Assembly: GCA_048881705.1 (NCBI GenBank)
Contig: JBHLSH010000016.1
Span: 1 to 42,892 of the forward strand
Reading direction: 5' to 3'
DNA: 42,892 nucleotides
DNA from: Candidatus Heimdallarchaeota archaeon
GTDB taxonomy: Archaea; Asgardarchaeota; Heimdallarchaeia; Hodarchaeales; Hodarchaeaceae
The translations under genes and the position numbers were made by a program. Shown piece after piece: positions 17,968-27,793 of the stretch; positions within the stretch are counted from its first letter, which is position 1, and every line of letters starts with the position of its first letter. The notes under the pieces were generated by a model. It was given only the letters and a program-made list of their open reading frames with translations. It was not told where the DNA came from and did no database searches.

Positions 17968-19989
17968 TCATCCAAGCGACCTAGTTAGTCTCCTAGTTTT
18001 TGTAGCTATCAAGGGGATTAGACTTACAAGGAGCAAAATGACCCCTAGCCACAGAATGTGGATAAGAGGGATGTACCTAACCTGGATCGTTGCGCTATCG
18101 AAGATTCCAGTATCATCATTCTCAAAAACAAAATCTAGAACTAGGTAAATGTCATCAGGCAATTGTGTAATTATTTGGATCTTTTGGTCAACACCCCAAA
18201 TCGTATCGATTCTATAATACAGAACTCCTTCTGATATGATATCAGATCCAAGTTTTAGCTCATATTGGACTTCATATATTGATAGATATGGGCTATCGTT
18301 TGGAATGGTCTTATTGAAGTTTGAGACGGTGATTTCATAATTTGTGTCTAGAACAGTGACATTTGATCCGTCTTGAACATCGATTAGATCGGTTGAACGC
18401 AGTGTGCCGCTAGTGACGATGCCCAAAACGATTATAAGTAAGGAAAGGTGTAAGAGCGACTGGCTAGTTTTCTGAAATACATTTCCCGTTCTATGAATTA
18501 ACAAAGTTTCAGTTAAGTTCCATATCAGGCCAAAAAGGCCCAAAAGCATGAGAGGTAGGAAGAAATTAGCCACGTCGTTCCTAGTAATTAGTTTCAGGGC
18601 GTAAAAACCGATGCCAGCTAAAACTCCCACTACTAACAAACCTAACCTAAATTTTAGCCCGATATTACTGTAATATTTGCAGAAGAAGGAAAAGACAAGG
18701 AGAATCACTCCAAAACATACAAATATAGCTGTAAAATAGCTAGGACCAACAGAAATGCTCGGACCAAGTATTAAGGTTAGTTCAGGAATGAAATCGCTCA
18801 AAACATTATAAATAAAAGGTAAAAATATCCCTGTTATCATAACATACGTTCCCAAGATAATCGTCAGGTATGAAAGCTTAAGAAAAGTATCCTTATAGGT
18901 TGAAATAATTGATAGCTCATTGAAATTGAGATTGATATCCAAATTTGCTTTATTAATATATGCAAAAATATGCGGTAGAGTGAATGTTACAATGAGGACG
19001 ATCAGGATTATGAATGTATTTTCATCGGGCGCAAAGGTGTGCACACTCTCAAGAATACGGCTCCGTGTGATCAAGGTCGCCAATAGTACCCCTACGTATG
19101 ACATACATGTAAAGTAATATCCTAGAAAAGGGTTCTCCTTGTGTATTGAACTTCCGTGATAATAAATGGTAATAAACAGCCAGGGGATTAGTGACGATGT
19201 CTGTACTGGATCCCAACTCCAAAAACCTCCCCACCCAAGGGTAGTGTAAGCCCAATAGGCTCCCAATGCAACGCCAAGAGAAAGCAGCCACCAGGCCAAA
19301 GCAATCTGAAGCTCCGCGAAAGATTCAATTTTCATGATTAAAGGTCGTTGAATCTTTGAATCTTCCCGTAACAATGATATACGTGCCAGAGCAATTGCCA
19401 TTGGCACCAAACAGAATGAATACCCCATGAGAATAATCGGAGGATGAGTGATATTCCAGATATTCGTGAGAACTGGATTCAAACCAATGCCATCTGAGGG
19501 AGTAATAGTATTAAGCTTAAAGGGGTCGCTTATTAGAGTAAACAGCCACAAGATTACCATCTGGAAGGAAATCATAAGTGAAGCCCGATGGATTAAGGAC
19601 TCTTCTGAATCGTTTCTAAATACAAAACGGAATATCGTATAAGATAGGAGACTGAAAACCGCCCAAATAAAAAAGGATCCTGCGGTTCCAGACCAAATTG
19701 CCGCGATCCGCAGAAGAAAATCCATTCTTAAATTGACAAATGATGAAACGTAGGATAATCCATAATCCGGAACTTGCAGTAAAGCCACGAAATAGAAGAA
19801 AGATCCCGTGAACAGTATGAAACCAATAATCAGGCTTGCAAAGGCGGGTTCCTTTACCCTTTTCTTCAAAGGTTCCGTTAGGCCAGGAAATAATTGAAAA
19901 AGAAAATCCAGAAAAAGAAAGATCCCACCAAGAAGTAACAAAATTAGGCCAAAATCAAAGGAGATGATTCCAAAATCTAATAGAAACAT
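17968..19989 (-). CDS. ccmF: Cytochrome c synthetase CcmF
   Basis: WSGTAGSFFIW, GLNPVL..IWNITHPP, GAYWAYTTLGWGGFWSWDPVQTSSLIPW, YYHG and SVHTFA. Many TM segments. Confidence 0.92.
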   Translation of the reverse strand: MFLLDFGIISFDFGLILLLLGGIFLFLDFLFQLFPGLTEPLKKRVKEPAFASLIIGFILFTGSFFYFVALLQVPDYGLSYVSSFVNLRMDFLLRIAAIWSGTAGSFFIWAVFSLLSYTIFRFVFRNDSEESLIHRASLMISFQMVILWLFTLISDPFKLNTITPSDGIGLNPVLTNIWNITHPPIILMGYSFCLVPMAIALARISLLREDSKIQRPLIMKIESFAELQIALAWWLLSLGVALGAYWAYTTLGWGGFWSWDPVQTSSLIPWLFITIYYHGSSIHKENPFLGYYFTCMSYVGVLLATLITRSRILESVHTFAPDENTFIILIVLIVTFTLPHIFAYINKANLDINLNFNELSIISTYKDTFLKLSYLTIILGTYVMITGIFLPFIYNVLSDFIPELTLILGPSISVGPSYFTAIFVCFGVILLVFSFFCKYYSNIGLKFRLGLLVVGVLAGIGFYALKLITRNDVANFFLPLMLLGLFGLIWNLTETLLIHRTGNVFQKTSQSLLHLSLLIIVLGIVTSGTLRSTDLIDVQDGSNVTVLDTNYEITVSNFNKTIPNDSPYLSIYEVQYELKLGSDIISEGVLYYRIDTIWGVDQKIQIITQLPDDIYLVLDFVFENDDTGIFDSATIQVRYIPLIHILWLGVILLLVSLIPLIATKTRRLTRSLG

Positions 19990-20136
19990 AGAAAAACGCC
20001 TTCGTTTGTTAAGAGTCTGGTAGTAGGAAATACCAAAGCATCAGTGGATTTATTTCAATTGGTACGCGCTGAGCCGATGCATTCTTATTCTTAGCTTTCC
20101 GAAGTTTTACTAACAGATAAGGTACGGAACTGACCT

Positions 20137-21114
20137 ATGCGAACTAGTCGTATTAACAATGTACGATTACAGATAGATTCACGTCTTACTATCATCTTGG
20201 CGACGATAATCGTCCTTGGTGATCGTATATTAGTACTTCTAACGAATACAAAGAACTTGCATAAACTTCCTCTCCCTTCTCTCGATATTTTGCAATTCTT
20301 ACTGGCCGTGGCTAGTCTCACGTTACTTTTGCTCTTTTTATTTCGTTATGAGCCTTTTTTTGGCAGAAACATTGAACTTCTGATTTTTAGCATTATCGCT
20401 TTGAATGGAGTGAATACGACTCTTTTCCTAATCCAGGAAGGAATGCTATCTCCTTTCATTCGTCTCCTGACCTCTATAATCACAATCTTGCTAATATTAG
20501 TTCTAAGCACTAGACCAAAACTATTAGAATCTTCGGAGTTTGCAAATCTAAAACTAATCGTGTTTACTGCAAATCTAGGTTTGCTCGGTTTCGTAATGGC
20601 TGAATTACTTGAAACCCTTTATTTTGGTCAATTTATTTTTTATTTTCAATTCGTAGGAACCTTATTCGCTCTCTTCGCTATTCTTATTTTTTCTTCTACC
20701 GCGATTGTGACACCATATTATCGGAATCAAAGAAAGGGCTATAAAACAGTGTTGGCTTTCATAATCCCGCTCCTTGTGAGCTTTATGGTTAGTATTTTAC
20801 TATCTTCTCGGCAATTAACGGTTCAAATCCTCACCTCTTCTCTAACCCAGACCCTTCGCCTAACCATATTTAGAGAAATCCCCGGAATTTCCCAATCTGT
20901 TCAATCCTTCTTTTTAACACTGATTCTAGGAGCAATATTCCTGGGGATTACTGGTCTAGTTTCCTTGTACAGCAAACATAAAATTACCCGTTTAGTTGGT
21001 CTTACTGGATTATTGATTTGCGGATTAGAAGTGGTTTTTCCGTATATTGTGCTACTGCGACTCATTATTGTTTTTGAATTGATGAACAATAGTAGTCCGA
21101 ATTCTATTACATAA
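20137..21114 (+). CDS. Polytopic membrane protein of unknown function
   Basis: About 9-10 hydrophobic segments. No motif recognised. Confidence 0.7.
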   Translation: MRTSRINNVRLQIDSRLTIILATIIVLGDRILVLLTNTKNLHKLPLPSLDILQFLLAVASLTLLLLFLFRYEPFFGRNIELLIFSIIALNGVNTTLFLIQEGMLSPFIRLLTSIITILLILVLSTRPKLLESSEFANLKLIVFTANLGLLGFVMAELLETLYFGQFIFYFQFVGTLFALFAILIFSSTAIVTPYYRNQRKGYKTVLAFIIPLLVSFMVSILLSSRQLTVQILTSSLTQTLRLTIFREIPGISQSVQSFFLTLILGAIFLGITGLVSLYSKHKITRLVGLTGLLICGLEVVFPYIVLLRLIIVFELMNNSSPNSIT

Positions 21115-21136
21115 TCAGATCAATTATTCTACGGCT

Positions 21137-21916
21137 TTAGGGTCGTTTTAACGCAAATCTGGCCAAAAGCATCAGAACTAGTATGCCTATGCTATATACG
21201 ATTTCCAGTATTAATTCTGATTCCCATATATTAACTTGAGGCTGACCTGGCACCTCGTAAGTAGTCCAATCACTGTGAGAGGTACTCTGGATTAACGGAC
21301 CAAAGTGGTTATCCCAGTAAGCAAACATTAGATTGAATCTGTCCCCTGGATGCAAGGAAACATCATATCCAGGAGAGTCGTTTGAATCAAGAGGTTTGGT
21401 TCCCTCCATAATTAACCCATCACCACTCGGATTAAGTTTTATACTTCCTTTTCCGTCATTGGTTCCATTTTCAAGGATATCTGCGACTGCAGGATTCCCC
21501 ATTCCTTGAAGAAAGAAATCTTCACCTCCAGGTTGATTATAAGACACAAATAAGGCATCATCTGGGGAAAACGAAAGGCCCATTGGTACTTTATCGCCAT
21601 TATTATCAAATTCCACCCCAAAGAAATCGTGTCCCCCGCTTTCTCCAAATAACTTTGGATCATCATCACTAACCTGAATTAGAATAAAAATGTGGCTCAG
21701 ATTGAATTTGATGGTAACGTCGATTGTGGTTCCATCTGCCATTTGTAAAATCCGTCTATCGCCACCTTCCCATTCTTCCTCTGTGATAATTCCGTCAATC
21801 ACTGGAAACTCCGAGCTCAGAGATTTCAGAAGGATTTTCGATCCGATTAAGAGATAAACAATTAGAACCAGAGGAATAAGGCTTTTTATCAATTTTTTTG
21901 GCCAAATTATCTTCAT
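21137..21916 (-). CDS. Membrane-anchored DOMON-like domain protein
   Basis: Signal-like N-terminus, PVIDGII..EEW, EFDNNGD..PMG, EGTKPL...D....PG..FNLMFAYWD...HS, and a C-terminal TM. ATGA overlap with the upstream LanC-like gene. Confidence 0.7.
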   Translation of the reverse strand: MKIIWPKKLIKSLIPLVLIVYLLIGSKILLKSLSSEFPVIDGIITEEEWEGGDRRILQMADGTTIDVTIKFNLSHIFILIQVSDDDPKLFGESGGHDFFGVEFDNNGDKVPMGLSFSPDDALFVSYNQPGGEDFFLQGMGNPAVADILENGTNDGKGSIKLNPSGDGLIMEGTKPLDSNDSPGYDVSLHPGDRFNLMFAYWDNHFGPLIQSTSHSDWTTYEVPGQPQVNIWESELILEIVYSIGILVLMLLARFALKRP

Positions 21917-23613
21917 ATGGCGTCTTTCCTTCGTAATGCCAGTATTGGGATTAGTAATAACATCGATACTGAAGCGAATCCAAGTAAGGAGAGGAGCAAT
22001 TGCTCATCGTTATCAATCTGCCCATTTACTGTTGTTTCTGAACTTTGATTATCAATATATATTTGGGGTAGCATTTCTCCGAACTCGGGAAGAGCAGAAC
22101 AATTTATGATTTCGGGATATTTCGGAGTTGCTTGTAAACTTTCGGCCACCTTCAAGAAATATAAAGCCACGCCTGCTGCTCCGCTATGGTACCCAAGGTG
22201 ATGACCATATTGCTTAAGATGGAATGGGTGACGAGTCGTCCCCGTAGCAACTGGAAAAAGGTAACCATCTTTTCGTAGCGAAACCAACCACTCTGCCGCC
22301 CCTAGCATCGCGTTTTTGAATTTTTCACATCCGAATGCGGAATAAGTCTCTGCAAAAAAACTTCCAATCCCTGCCGCTCCTGATGAATAGCCCGTGAAGT
22401 AGGTATTATAATCTGGTTCAGCCGTAGTTTTCGCCCATTTCAGACCTTGATCTGAATTATTGGCATGTCCGATTAACCAGCTTGCTGCATCAATTGCGCC
22501 TTCTGCATATTTCATATCAGCTGTGGTGTGGTATAATTCCAGTAAAAACTGACCTATCCCTGCAACTCCGCTATCTATACCAGCAATTGTATGGTACCTG
22601 GTTGAATTGGGATCTAACTCGGTTATATAGGTTGGACCACCATTTAGCCAGGTCCCGTTGATTTGTTTTGAAAGTAACCAATTTCCAATGAAGCTCGCTG
22701 CGTCAAGCCACTTTGAATCATTTGTTGAACGATAAAGAGATAATAGGAACGAGCCAATGCCTGCGTTTCCCCCTCCGTATCCCGTGAAAAAGGAGGTGTT
22801 AAAGGGAGCGAAATCAGACCATGGAATGCTCCATTCCTGTTGTTCGTCTGTACCAATCTTGCTAGCAAGTTTCGTTAGCCATTCGCCGGAACTAACTGCG
22901 ATATCTATCCAATGGGTGTTATTTAAAGTGACGCCAGCTTCTAGAAATACGTTGGCTATTCCTGTTACTCCATACGTAATGTCAGTCACGCCTTCGGAAC
23001 CAGAAAGGGTATAACTCCAGAAGGTATCATTGTCAGAGGAATTGTGAGCTACCGCCTCTAACGTAAGAAGAGAGTTTCGCAATGGCTCGTAATATGTTTG
23101 GTTGTTCGTAGATTTTAAAAGGTCTAGGAAGAAAAGAGCAATCCCCGCATTTCCATACTTCATCCCAATATAGGTTGTACTGTAATCCTCAGCACCATAC
23201 CAGTAAATTCCATTATCAGAGAGGTTCTGAGCATTTTGGATAAGGTAGTTACCAGCCCTCTCAGCGTATTTGAGATAACTCTGATTCTGTGTCGCATCAA
23301 ATAGAGTGATGAGGGTATCCGCCACACCTGCGGTCCCCCACCAGTATCCATAATAGAAATTATTCCAAGATCCCAGCCATCCTGGTGGAGGGCCGTCAGC
23401 GATCCTAGGCCATTTGACAAAATTGCTGTCCCCAATGGCCTCTCCAATCAATCCATTGGCTATTTCAATGGCGATCTGTTCAAGCTCCTGTGGGGAAAAC
23501 AATACAGTATAATGGGAAAAACTGATGGAACCCTTGAATTGCACGACCATTGAAGTACCGGTGATCAAGATAAGGAAGCTTACACCAAACCATTTGGTAT
23601 ATCTGTTTTTCAT
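21913..23613 (-). CDS. Exported, membrane-anchored LanC-like alpha/alpha-toroid protein lacking Zn-binding motifs
   Basis: Seven G-x-x-G repeats: WGTAG, YGNAG, YGVTG, GGNAG, SGVAG, SGAAG, SGAAG. N-terminal and C-terminal hydrophobic segments and many NxS/T sequons. I prefer the ATG at 23613; the ORF-track start at 23715 overlaps nrfD. Confidence 0.75.
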   Translation of the reverse strand: MKNRYTKWFGVSFLILITGTSMVVQFKGSISFSHYTVLFSPQELEQIAIEIANGLIGEAIGDSNFVKWPRIADGPPPGWLGSWNNFYYGYWWGTAGVADTLITLFDATQNQSYLKYAERAGNYLIQNAQNLSDNGIYWYGAEDYSTTYIGMKYGNAGIALFFLDLLKSTNNQTYYEPLRNSLLTLEAVAHNSSDNDTFWSYTLSGSEGVTDITYGVTGIANVFLEAGVTLNNTHWIDIAVSSGEWLTKLASKIGTDEQQEWSIPWSDFAPFNTSFFTGYGGGNAGIGSFLLSLYRSTNDSKWLDAASFIGNWLLSKQINGTWLNGGPTYITELDPNSTRYHTIAGIDSGVAGIGQFLLELYHTTADMKYAEGAIDAASWLIGHANNSDQGLKWAKTTAEPDYNTYFTGYSSGAAGIGSFFAETYSAFGCEKFKNAMLGAAEWLVSLRKDGYLFPVATGTTRHPFHLKQYGHHLGYHSGAAGVALYFLKVAESLQATPKYPEIINCSALPEFGEMLPQIYIDNQSSETTVNGQIDNDEQLLLSLLGFASVSMLLLIPILALRRKDAI

Positions 23614-23671
23614 CAATGTACCTAAATTCAATGTTAGATTTGAAAAAGCCTGGGAGCTTTTGGTAATGCGG

Positions 23672-25165
23672 TTATTGAGCTCCGTCCTCGAAACGGAATT
23701 CCGCCGGCCGCTCATCTTCTATTCTTTCTTTCTTGCCGAGAATCAGTTCACTGGAAATTTCCTCTTCTCTTTGTTTCTGAGTCTCTGAAAGCGGAAAAGT
23801 TTGATCAGCAAATGATGTGGGATACCTCAAATCTGCCTCCTTCCACAATTTGCGGTTTTTTTCATCTTCGAGGATTTCCCATAGCGGAGCAATGGGGAAG
23901 AACTTCATCGCGATTGCAATTCCAAACACCAATGCGGTAAATGCACCCAAAGTAATGGCAGCTTCAACCCAAGTGGGGATATAGGTCCCCCAAGGTCCCG
24001 CTATCCAAGGTCGCGCCATAGCTGGAACGATAATCACATACCGTTTCATCCACATCCCTATATTGACGAGAATCGAGGCAATGAAAATGCCAGTGATACT
24101 ACGGGCTCTTGTAAAGAAGAAAATGTTTCCTGGAATTACTATCCCACCCACGATTGAGAACCAGAAAAGTATCGCATAATCTCCATAGAAAAGGGCATTA
24201 AGAAGCTCTGCCTCTTCGGTTGGAGTAGAGTATAAAGCTCCAATGTATTCTGAAAACGTGAAGTAAGCGTATCCAAGGCTTAAGACAACCATAATTACAC
24301 CCATATTTCGGAAGTGCCGTTCTGTCAGAATTTTCTTATATTCAGGATAGATGACCCTTATGATGAACATGGCGGTAATTAACGCTGCAGATCCAGAATA
24401 TAGTGCTCCAATAACGAAATAAGGTCCAAAGATTGTACTACGCCAACCTGGCCGTAACATGACTCCTCCTACTGTATAAGAAACCACGGTGTGAACTGTA
24501 ACCATGACAGGAATGAGAATCCAAGCCATGAACCCAATTCCTCTGTTTAAACGCTTATGTTGAGCTTCAGTCCCTTGCCAACCCAAAGCCAGAAACCTCC
24601 ACAGCCACCGTTTGAGCCAAAAAGCATCCGTACTGAGATGATCACGCATCAAGGCGAAATCTGGGATAAGGGCGATATAAAGATAAACCAAGCTTCCTAC
24701 CAAATACATGGAAAGCGCTAGAAAGTCCCAAAGGATGGGGGAATTAAACTTGCCAATCGTTATGACATATAGAATTCTGTCAATGCGGCCAATATCAATC
24801 AAAACCATTGCTGCTCCAATTAGTAACCCAAAAGCTGTTAGCAACTCACCGATCCTAGTTATCGGGTGACGCCATTGGGCATCCGTAACACGCAATACTG
24901 CAGAAATAAATGTCCCCGCGTGAGAGATTCCGATAAAGAACACAAAATTGGTGATATAAACCCCCCAAGAAACCTTGTCACGTAATCCAGTAACTATCAA
25001 ACCATTAATAAATTGATTTAGATAGGCGTAGGCCGCAAACAATAGGATTAGGAGCATCAATATGAGAGTGACGAAATATAATCTTCCCGTTTTCATCACG
25101 GGATGTAGTAATATTTGCGCGCTTTTGTTATCATCAAGGAATGTGTTTCGTTTTTCAGTCTGCAT
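23672..25165 (-). CDS. nrfD: NrfD/PsrC-family quinol-interacting membrane subunit, ActC-like
   Basis: WGVYITNFVFFIGISHAGTFISA, WRHPITRIGE, DIGR, SPILWDFLALSMY...LIPDFALMRD, HTVVS and GALYSG. ATG at 25165 follows GAGGT. Confidence 0.9.
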   Translation of the reverse strand: MQTEKRNTFLDDNKSAQILLHPVMKTGRLYFVTLILMLLILLFAAYAYLNQFINGLIVTGLRDKVSWGVYITNFVFFIGISHAGTFISAVLRVTDAQWRHPITRIGELLTAFGLLIGAAMVLIDIGRIDRILYVITIGKFNSPILWDFLALSMYLVGSLVYLYIALIPDFALMRDHLSTDAFWLKRWLWRFLALGWQGTEAQHKRLNRGIGFMAWILIPVMVTVHTVVSYTVGGVMLRPGWRSTIFGPYFVIGALYSGSAALITAMFIIRVIYPEYKKILTERHFRNMGVIMVVLSLGYAYFTFSEYIGALYSTPTEEAELLNALFYGDYAILFWFSIVGGIVIPGNIFFFTRARSITGIFIASILVNIGMWMKRYVIIVPAMARPWIAGPWGTYIPTWVEAAITLGAFTALVFGIAIAMKFFPIAPLWEILEDEKNRKLWKEADLRYPTSFADQTFPLSETQKQREEEISSELILGKKERIEDERPAEFRFEDGAQ

Positions 25166-25180
25166 CGGGAAATACCTCAA

Positions 25181-26029
25181 TCAGCGTTTCGGTAGGTAAA
25201 AAACACGGGGTTTTGTACCCAATTCCTCTTGTAAACGATAGCCCATTCTTTCTTTGACCGTGTCTGAAAGAGTAACTGTTTGAAAGGTGCCATTTGTTAC
25301 TAAATCGTGATTTAGATTTCCAAAATAGAGCGCACCGCCAGGACACGCTCCTACGCAGGCAGGAAGCTGACCGTCCTTGGCAGAATGGGAACAAAAATCA
25401 CATTTCTCAACAACTCCTCTTTCGTGAGGCAGCGGATAGTGTGGCGAATATGCCCCCAACTGCTTGGAATATTCAATTTCCTCTTCTCGGGTGCCAAACC
25501 ACGGCTCTGGTTCACCCCAATTGAAGTATCGTGCATTGTAGGGACAGGCCGCGATGCACATCCGGCAACCTATGCATATCCTATGATCTATTAGCACAAG
25601 TCCTTCCTCATTTCTAAATGTAGCCCCAGTGGGGCATACCCACATACATGGGGGGCTTTCACAATGCATGCATGGTCTAGGTAGGAAATATTTACCTGCG
25701 ACAGCGTTATCTTGTTTTTCGTAAAGCTGTATCCATGCTTGGGGTTCTGGTGGTTCCGCGGGCTCCCCTGATTCCTTGAATCGTTTGGGGACATAATGCA
25801 TGATGGCGCAGGCTTCTAGACAAGAGCTGATCTCTCTATCTTGACAGCCATCACATTTTTCCAAATCAATCATCATAACCCATTGGGGAGGAATCTCCTC
25901 TGCATGAGTTGCATTTTGACGACCTAGAGACTGCTGGTTGAAGTTTAATTTAGATGTAACGGCAAGAGTTCCTCCAACCGCTCCTATTGCGCCTAATAGT
26001 TTGAGAAAACTTCTTCGTGACGTCGGCAT
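25181..26029 (-). CDS. Tat-exported multi-[4Fe-4S] protein (NrfC/DsrO/ActB2-like)
   Basis: Twin-arginine SRRSFLK. Cys motifs CDGC-x7-CLEAC, CMHCESPPCMWVCP, CIGCRMCIAACPY and EKCDFC...PACVGACP. Confidence 0.92.
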   Translation of the reverse strand: MPTSRRSFLKLLGAIGAVGGTLAVTSKLNFNQQSLGRQNATHAEEIPPQWVMMIDLEKCDGCQDREISSCLEACAIMHYVPKRFKESGEPAEPPEPQAWIQLYEKQDNAVAGKYFLPRPCMHCESPPCMWVCPTGATFRNEEGLVLIDHRICIGCRMCIAACPYNARYFNWGEPEPWFGTREEEIEYSKQLGAYSPHYPLPHERGVVEKCDFCSHSAKDGQLPACVGACPGGALYFGNLNHDLVTNGTFQTVTLSDTVKERMGYRLQEELGTKPRVFYLPKR

Positions 26030-26056
26030 GAACCTTATTTCCTATTATGGTTTAAT

Positions 26057-27769
26057 CTAATTCACCTGTTCCTTTCCAGATCTTATTCTAACCGCGTTAT
26101 ACAGTACATATCCATAAACCAAAAAAACGCCTGCTACCAGAGTTAATGCTCCAGCCGATACAGCTCCGAAGATTCTTGGATCATCAAACCAAATGAATTC
26201 TTCGACATGCTCTTCAGGAATCAGGTTGATAGTAAAATATTCTTCGTGATTTGCAAGAATTTTCGTTCCAACTGTTTGGCCTGGAAATTCGATTACAAAG
26301 TTGATTAGACCAGCTACATTTTCCAAATCGTAAACAAATTTAACAGTGCTCTCAGTATTAGTTATGTTAGAGCCTAGTAGCATTCTTCCGAAGGTAAAGT
26401 TTAAATACATGTTAATTCTCCTTCCATCCATCAAGTTCGGATCTCCACCCTCTAGAACTTGGAACCTCGCCTCAAGAATTATTCTAGTTCCCTGCGGAAT
26501 CTCCGTTCCAGCTGGAATCGATGTTCCAGTAGTATCTGTCGCATTAACCGTCATATCAATATTTAAGGTTTCAAATGGCGATACTAAGAGATCGTATGTA
26601 ATAGAATGCTCTGGGTGCATGCTGACAAAATCATCAGCTGTCCTATTATGAGAGAGAAAGAAACCATACGTTGAATTGATCGAAAAGTCGTGATCTAATG
26701 GAATGTCCCCCGACTTTAACGGGAATACGAATTCGATAATTGTATGGGTCGCATTTTCGGTTCCCCCACTAGCTTTAATGTCAAAAGTTCCATTGGCCGA
26801 GATATCGGGGTGGTGTTCACCTGGCTCCCCGTAATCATCACTCATATGAACTCCAGTAGCATTGACAAACCCAATAATAATATTGGATCCATTTTTATGA
26901 GCGTTCTTCGGTCCAAATCCTATCCCCAACCAACCACTATGCCCTGGAGGTGAAATCAGACCGATAAACATATCAGTATTGTTGTGTTCCAAGTAAACAT
27001 TGATTTCAGTCAATGGGTCAACCATCGATGATTCATACTCATTTAGACCGATAATGCCATCGACAGAAACAATCGGATTTGTAACCAAAGGCATTATGAT
27101 AGATGACGTTTCCAGCTTAATGGTGATCAGGTTGGAATGGTCGGGATGATACGAGCCGAAATTATCAGCCGTCGGATGATTGGCCAGATGAAAGCCGTTT
27201 TCTTGGCCCAAAATCCAAGAATGGTCATAACTGTCCCCTGATGAAAGAGGAAAAACAAACTCAATCACCGTGTGTGTTTCGTTTTCTGTACCTGCCGCTG
27301 CCTTGATATCGTTCGTCCCTCCAGAGTCAATATCCGAAAAATGTTGCGTTCCCAATCCGTAGTGATCCTCGATCGCAAATGTTCCATTATCCGATACATA
27401 TCCCATTATAATATTCGCGCCGTCCATTGGAACGCTTTTTGGTCCCAATCCGATGCCGACCCAGCCCTTTGTTGGGCTTTCCAAGGCAACAAACAAATCA
27501 GTACCGTTGTGGCTAAACGAGACAATGATCCCTGTGAGCTCGTGTGAATCTTCCAAGGTTACTGGATATTCACCTTGCGAGACAATCCCATCTATTACAA
27601 CCTCAGTTGGAATAACGTAAGGAACAGATACGTATCCAGTCAAAGGGGGAAATCCGTGGTTAGGGCCCGCCAGCGTTGCAGAATTTGGTTTTCCAATTAT
27701 TACAACTAAAAAAATAAAAAACAGGAAAAAGGTACTTTTCCGTTTGGGTGGTAAATTAGGTTGACGCAT
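26057..27769 (-). CDS. Exported protein with two tandem DOMON domains, an Ig-like domain and a C-terminal TM
   Basis: Two repeats of IDG...GW.GIG.GP.......N.I.G....ED.Y...H..D...G..DI.A..GTEN.THT.IEFVFPL.SGD...H. Domain 1 has PMDG and YHPDH. Confidence 0.85.
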   Translation of the reverse strand: MRQPNLPPKRKSTFFLFFIFLVVIIGKPNSATLAGPNHGFPPLTGYVSVPYVIPTEVVIDGIVSQGEYPVTLEDSHELTGIIVSFSHNGTDLFVALESPTKGWVGIGLGPKSVPMDGANIIMGYVSDNGTFAIEDHYGLGTQHFSDIDSGGTNDIKAAAGTENETHTVIEFVFPLSSGDSYDHSWILGQENGFHLANHPTADNFGSYHPDHSNLITIKLETSSIIMPLVTNPIVSVDGIIGLNEYESSMVDPLTEINVYLEHNNTDMFIGLISPPGHSGWLGIGFGPKNAHKNGSNIIIGFVNATGVHMSDDYGEPGEHHPDISANGTFDIKASGGTENATHTIIEFVFPLKSGDIPLDHDFSINSTYGFFLSHNRTADDFVSMHPEHSITYDLLVSPFETLNIDMTVNATDTTGTSIPAGTEIPQGTRIILEARFQVLEGGDPNLMDGRRINMYLNFTFGRMLLGSNITNTESTVKFVYDLENVAGLINFVIEFPGQTVGTKILANHEEYFTINLIPEEHVEEFIWFDDPRIFGAVSAGALTLVAGVFLVYGYVLYNAVRIRSGKEQVN

Positions 27770-27793
27770 GAAGATTAAACCAGCTTACACAGG

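Noticed and set aside
21913-23613. Lanthipeptide biosynthetic cluster
   Set aside because: No precursor peptide, dehydratase or transporter; the Zn motifs are absent and the protein appears exported.
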